Origin: Cyanophora paradoxa CCMP329
Taxonomy: Eukaryota > Plantae > Glaucophyta
Assembly (NCBI GenBank): GCA_004431415.1
Contig: QPMI01000089.1
Coordinates: 337,223-401,222, forward strand
Length of the DNA: 64,000 bases
Direction: 5' to 3'
Part shown: in pieces, positions 58,158 to 64,000 of the stretch
How the letters are laid out: each line of letters begins with the position of its first letter
How positions within the stretch are numbered: position 1 is the first letter of the stretch
The notes under the pieces: generated by a model
What the model was told of the DNA's origin: nothing
The model's input: the letters and a program-made list of their open reading frames with translations, nothing else
Databases searched by the model: none
Translations under genes and position numbers: made by a program

Positions 58158-61100
58158 CTTCTGGCTCCCCCGCGCCCCGCTCGCCTGCCCGCCGGCCGAC
58201 GCCTGGGGCCCCCCTCCCCTCCCCTCTGCCTGCAGTGGGCACATCCCGTACCGAGACTCGAAGCTAACGCGGTACCTGGAGACCGCGCTGGGCGGCAACT
58301 CGCGGACGGCGATCGTGTGCACGATCACGCTGGCGGCGGAGCACTACGGCGAGACGTGCAACACGCTCGAGTTCGCGTCGCGCGCGAAGCGCGTGCAGAA
58401 CCGGCCAGTCGTCAACGAGGTCTACTACAAGGAGGTGCGAGCGAGGCCTGCGCTGCTGCCGTGCGCTGAGCGGCGCGGCGCGGCGCGGCTGACGCCCGGG
58501 CGGGGGCCCAGGGCGAGGTGGCCGCGGACGTACCCCTGCTCCGCAAATACCGGGACGAGATCTCGCGCCTGCAGGTGCCGCGCAGCGCTGTTTCCGGTCC
58601 CTGAAGCCCGGCTGAGCGCCCCGTGCGCAGCGGGAGAAGCAGGACGTGGAGGCCCGCATGGCGACGGAGCTGCAGAAGATCGACGCGGAGAAGGACAACC
58701 TGGGGCGGGCGACCTCCAAGGCTGAGGAGATGCAGGTCCTACTCCAGGAGAAGATCGAGACGTACGAGAAGCTGATCGTCCACTACTCGACGAGGGTGCG
58801 TGCTTTCAGCGGCCGGCGGAGGGGGCTCCGCCTGACGGCGGCGGCGGCAGGCGGCGGCCGCGGCCGAGGCGGAGCGGGCGGCGCGGGCAGCGGCGGCGGC
58901 GGCGGCGAGCCCGGCGCCCGAGGAGGTGGACTCGCTCCGGTCCTCGCTTCGGGACCGCGAGGGCGAGCTACGGCGGGTCGCCGGCGCCTACGAGAAGCTC
59001 GCCGCCGAGGTGCGCGGGGCCGACGGGGGCCGACGGGGCAGAGGAAGCTGAGCTGAGCGGGGCGGGGCGGCAGCTCGCGGAGGCGCGGAAGCAGCTCGCG
59101 GCGAAGGACAAGGAGCTGGGCGCGCTGAAGGAGGAGAACAAGGCGAAGACGAAGCAGCTGGCGGAGTGGGACGTGCACCTCCAGACATTCACGCGGACGA
59201 TGGACGAGCTGGAGAACCTGAAGCAGAAACTGGAGGGCAAGGACGGGGAGCTGCGGCAGCTGCGGGACCAGATGAAGAGCTTCCAGCAGAAGATGGTGCA
59301 GGAGGGCGCCCAGCAGAAGCGTGAGCACGCGGAGACGCTCAAGAAGCTGATGGAGGACCAGCCGAAGCTCGAGGCGCGCTGCCGCGACCTCGAGAAGCAG
59401 GCCCGCGAGGCCGAGCGGCGGGCGGCGGCGGAGCAAAAGGCGAGGGCGGAGGCGGCGGAGCGCGTGCGGGAGCTGGAGAAGGAGAAGGTGGAGGGCAAGT
59501 GGGAGCCCGGGAAGGAGGCCGACGACGTCGTGAGGCTGCGCAAGAGCTGGGCCGACAAGCGCGCGCTCCAGCGCATCGCGGCGTACCAGCGGCTCCAGAC
59601 GCCGAAGGAGAAGGATGAGTACGTGGCGCAGCTGGTGAACGAGTACGAGGAGTGGCTTGCGGCGCGCAGCGACGGGCGGCTCCGCGAGGAGGCCGAGGCG
59701 GCCAAGGAGCGGCTCGCGGCGCGCGAGTCCGAGTTCTCGCGGCAGCGCAAGGAGTGGGAGAAGGAGCGGGCCGAGCTGGGGCGCATCGGGGAGGAGCTGA
59801 AGCAGCGATACACGGCGCTCGCCTCGGCCACGAAGCAGCAGGTCCAGGACGACTACGAGGCGCAGGTCGCCCGCTTCCAGCAGGCGCGCCGCCCCTCCCT
59901 CCCTCGCGTCTCCTTCTTGCCTCGTCTCTGCGCTGACGGCGGCGGCCCCGCAGGAGAAGGAGCGTCTGCAGAAGCAACACGAGCGGGAGGTGGCGACGCT
60001 GCGGACGAAGCTGGGGGAGCTCGAGACGCTGCAGAACCAGGCGGAGGCGGAGATCGCGAAGCTGGCGACGGCGACGGAGGAGGAGCGGCGCTCGCTGGAG
60101 AAGGCGCTGGAGAGGAAGGAGCGGCAGCACCGCTCGGACCTGGGGCGGATGCAGGCCACGCAGGAGGAGGAGCGGCGGCTCCTGGAGGAGGCGCTGGCCG
60201 ACCGGCAGCGCCGGCTCGAGGCGGCGAACGAGGACGCCGCCCGCCGCGCCGCGGCCGCCGAGGAGCAGGCGGCCGCGGAGCTGCGCGCCGCGGAGGAGCG
60301 CGCGGCGGCGGCCGAGCGGGAGGCGGAGGCGGCGCGCGGGGAGGCCGAGGCGGCTCGGGACCGGCTGCTGCAGGCGGAGGGCGCCAACGGGGCGCTGCGC
60401 TCGCAGAAGGACTCGCTCACGCGCCTGCTGGAGGCGCAGCGCTCCGAGCTGGCAGACGCCGAGGTGCGCGGGGAAGGGAAACAGACCCAGTTAAGAGTTA
60501 ATGTTTAGATTAGTTTCCAGAGCGCCCTCGTTGCCCGCTTCGTAGTCGTACGAGTCTGACTCCGCTCCACTCCCGGCCCCGCAGGAGGCGCTGCGAAAAG
60601 AGTTCCAGCGGAAGCTCGCGGCGGCGGAGGCAGAGGCGGCAGGGCGCGTCGAAGAGGCCGAGCGAGCGGCCGCGAAGGTGCGCCCGGCCGGGCCGGCCCT
60701 GCCCTGCTCCGGCGCCGCCGTCTTACCGGCGCCGGCGGCGGGCGGGCGGCAGCGGGTGGAGGACGCGCTGCGGGACGCGGAGTGGGCAAAGGCCGAGGGC
60801 GAGGCGCGGCGCGAGGCGGAGCTGGCGGCGCTGCAGGAGCAGCTTGAGTGGCAGCGCGACGAGGCGCTCGCCCGCCTCGAGCAGCAGCAGCGGTCGGCGG
60901 AGGAGGCCGCGCGCGCCGCCGAGCAGCGCGCGTCGGAGGCGGAGCGGTCGCTGCGGGCCGCGCACGCCGCGGCGCTGGCGCAGGCGCGCGACGAGGCGGA
61001 GGCGGCGCTGCGGGCGCGGCTGAGCAGCCTCGAGGAGCAGCTGGCGACGCGGCACGCCGAGGAGACGGGCGCGCGCGAGGCGCGCCACGCGCAGGCGCTG

Positions 61101-64000
61101 GCGCAGGCGCTCGACGAGGCCGCGGCGCGCGCGGAGCGGGAGCGGCAGGCCCTGGAGCACCGCCTCCTCGACGAGATGGACGCGGCGCTCGCGGCGGCGG
61201 CCGAGCGCGAGCGGAAGGCGGTGGCGGCCGAGCGGGAGCGGCAGCGGGAGGAGCGCGAGCGGGAGCTGGCGTCCGTGCGGGCGGCGGCGGAGGCGGAGCG
61301 GGCGCGCAGCGCGGAGGCCACCATCCGGCGGATGCAGGAGGAGCAGGAGCGCGCCGTCGACGCGGCCGTGCGCCGGCTGGAGGCCGAGCACTCGCGGGAG
61401 GTCGAGGAGGCGCTCCGCTCGTTCGAGGCGGAGCGGGCGCGGCTCGTGGAGGAGCGGAGCGCGGCGGTGGCCGCCGCGCACGACGAGGCGGACGCGTCGA
61501 CGCGGGCCGCGCTGGAGAAGGCCCACCGGGAGGCCGAGCAGCGCGTGGCGGACGCCGAGGCGCGCGCGGCGTCGACGGTGGCTGCCCAGAAGCGGGCGCT
61601 GGAGGCGGAGCGCGAGGCGATGCGCAAGGAGCGCGAGGCGGCGCTGACGGCCCTCCAGCGCGAGATGGAGGCCGGGCGGGACCGCGCCCTCGCCGCCGCC
61701 AAGGCCGCTGCGGAGGACGAGGCGCGCCGCGCCCTCGCCGCCGCCCGCGCCGACGCGGAGGCACTCGCTGCGCGCATCGACGGGGAGAAGGGCGCGGCGC
61801 TGGCGGCGGCGGCCGAGCAGGCGCGGCGCGCGCTCGAGGCGGAGCGGGAGCGGGCGCGGGAGGAGCGCGAGCGGGAGGCGGCAGCGACGCGGGAGCGAAT
61901 GACCGGCGAGCGCGCGGCGGCGCTGGAGGCCGCGCGGGACGAGTTCCGCCGCGAGGCGGAGCGGATCCGCGAGGCGGCCGACGCGGCCCTCGCGGAGGAG
62001 CGGAGGCGATCGGAGGCGGCTGCGGAGGCGGCGCGGGAGGCCGGGGCGGCGGAGGCGCGAGAGGAGGGCGAGCGGCGCGTGGCGGCGCTCCACAACGAGC
62101 ACGCGGCCGAGCTGCGGCGCCTGCGGGAGGCCGCGGCCGCCGAGGCGAGCGGCGAGGCGCGCAGGGCGGCCGAGGCCGCCGCCGCCGAGGAGCGGAGGCG
62201 CGCCGAAGCGGCGGTCGCTGCGGTGCGGGAAGAGGCCGACCGGCGGATCGCGGCGCTGCGCGAGGAGCGGGCGCGGGAGGAGGAGCGGCTGCGCGACGGC
62301 TTCGCGGCGGACGTCGTCGAGGAGCGGAGGCGGGCAGCGGAGGCGGCGGCGGAGGAGCGCAGGCGCGCGGAGGCAGCCGTAGGGCCGTGCGGGAGGAGGC
62401 GGACCGGCGGATGGCGTCCCTGCGCGAGGAGCACGGCCGGGAGCTGCAGCGGGTGCGCGAGGCGGCCGAGGCCGAGCTGGCCGAGGAGCGGAGGCGTGCG
62501 GCGGCCGCGGACGGGACCGCCGCCGAGGAGCGGCGGCGGGGCGAGGCGGCGGCGTCGGCGGCGCGGGAGGAGGGCGAGCGGCGGGCGGAGGAGCTGGTGG
62601 AGCGGCACGCGCGGGAGCTGCGGGAGCTTCGGGCGGAGACGGCGCTGGAGGCGCAGCAGCTGCGGGACGACGCGGCGGCGGAGCTGGCAGATGAGTGCGG
62701 CCGGCGGCAGCCGCGGCCGCCGCCGAGGAGCGGAGGCGGGCCGAGGCGGCGCTGGCGGCGGCGCGCGAGGAGACAGAGGAGCGGCTCGCGCGGATGCGGG
62801 AGGAGCACCGCGCCGAGCTGCAGCGGGAGCGGGAGGCAGCGGCCGAGCAGCTGGCGGCGGAGCGGAGGCGGGCGGCGGCGGAGGCGGCCGGGAGGAGCGG
62901 GAGCGGGCCGAGGCGGCGGCGGAGGCGGCGGTGGCGGCGGCGCGGAGGGAGGCGATGGAGGAGGCGGGCCGGCGGGCGGCGGAGGCGGAGAGAGCGCACG
63001 GGGCCGAGCTGCAGCGGCTGCGGGAGGCGTCGGCGGCGGAGCTGGACGAGGAGCGGCGCCGGGCGGCAGAGGAGCGGGCGCGGGGCGAGGCGGCGGTCGC
63101 GGCGGCGCGCGAGGAGGCGCAGCGGCTGGTGGCGGCGGCGCGCGAGGAGGGCGCCCGCCGGGCGGCCGAGGCCGGCGAGGAGGGCGAGCGGCGGCTGGCG
63201 GCGGCACGGGAGGAGCACGCGCGGGAGCTGCAGCGGGTCCGCGAGGCGGCCGAGGCGGAGCTGGACAGCGAGACGGGCCGGGCCGTGGCGGAGGAGCGGC
63301 GGCGGGGCGAGGCGGCGGCGGCGGCGGCGCGGGAGGAGGACGAGCGGCGGGCGGCCGAGCTGAGGGACGAGCACCGCGCCGAGCTGCGGCGCCTGCGGGA
63401 CGCGTCGGCTGCGGAGCTGGAGGCGGAGCGGGGCGGCTGGCCGAGCACCTCGGGCGGCGCGGGCCGAGGCGGAGGCGGAGCGGGTGCGGCTGGAGGCGGA
63501 GCGGGACGAGGCGCGCGGGCGGCGGAGCGGGCGGAGGGCCAGCTCCGGCAGCAGCGGCAGACGCAGAGCGGACTAGATGCGCGCGTGGCGGAGCTGCTGG
63601 CGGCCCACCAGCGCGACGTGGAGGCCCTTCGGGCGGCGGCCGAGGCGCGCCTGGAGGCGGCGCTGGCGGAGCAGGCGGCCGAGCGGCAGGCGCTGCTCGA
63701 CGACCGGCAGGACGAGCTCGACGCGGCCGTCGCGCGGCGGCGGCCGAGGCGGAGCGGGCGGCCGGCGAGGCGGTGCGCGCGCTCGAGGCGCGGCACGAGG
63801 CGGAGATCGCGGGGCCCGCCGCGAGCTGTCGGAGGCCCGCGGGCGCCTGGCGGAGCTGGAGGCCGAGCGGGACGCCGCGCGGGCCGAGGCCGGCGCCCAG
63901 CGGCGGACGGCGGAGGCAGCCGAGGAGGAGGCGCGCTCGGCGTCGGCGGCCGGCTCTGCGGCGCGGCGGGAGGCCGAGGCGGAGGCCGAGACGGCGTGGC
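56842..64000 (+). CDS. Kinesin-7 (CENP-E-like) motor with a very long repetitive coiled-coil tail, 3' end outside the window
   Basis: [69 protein letters not shown] and ALGGNSRT, followed by an A/E/R-rich tail. Confidence 0.92.

Noticed and set aside
58783-63796. Very long - strand ORFs (545, 883, 900 and 1101 aa)
   Set aside because: Antisense shadows of the GC-rich kinesin coiled-coil exons. They are S/A/R/P low-complexity with no motifs.
62380-63830. Multiple frameshifts in the kinesin tail suggesting a pseudogene
   Set aside because: The motor domain is intact and the indels fall in GC-rich repeats, so consensus errors are more likely. Reads are needed to settle it.

Overview
Very GC-rich, intron-dense eukaryotic nuclear DNA. 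Introns are short (mostly about 50-110 nt), have a CTRAC branch point close to the acceptor, and often use GC donors. A nuclear-encoded tandem CpcG-type phycobilisome linker with an MAF- transit peptide points to a glaucophyte alga such as Cyanophora (inference, not a database match). The six-frame ORF track is mostly GC-driven noise, so genes were rebuilt by reading exons by hand and exon boundaries are approximate. Gene order: ABCG/PDR transporter (-, runs off the left edge); giant PKD-domain plus TRP/FLC-like multi-pass membrane protein (-); RPS24 (+); UgpQ-like glycerophosphodiester phosphodiesterase (+); giant single-pass protein with about 16 Cys-pair repeats, a SEA-like module and cytoplasmic prealbumin-like domains (-); axonemal dynein light chain p28-domain protein (+); an accessory block holding a small orphan membrane protein, a CpG-depleted AT-rich remnant and a young non-autonomous LTR element; F-box protein (-); PRA1 (-); RING-pseudokinase-2x jacalin protein (+); tandem CpcG linker (+); eIF2B delta (-); kinesin-7/CENP-E (+, runs off the right edge). 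The best novelty candidates are the two neighbouring giant surface proteins that share a repeat module (a possible polycystin-like sensor pair), the RING-pseudokinase-lectin fusion, recurrent intronic copies of exon ends embedded in AT-rich filler, and an iterated GTACCCC motif.
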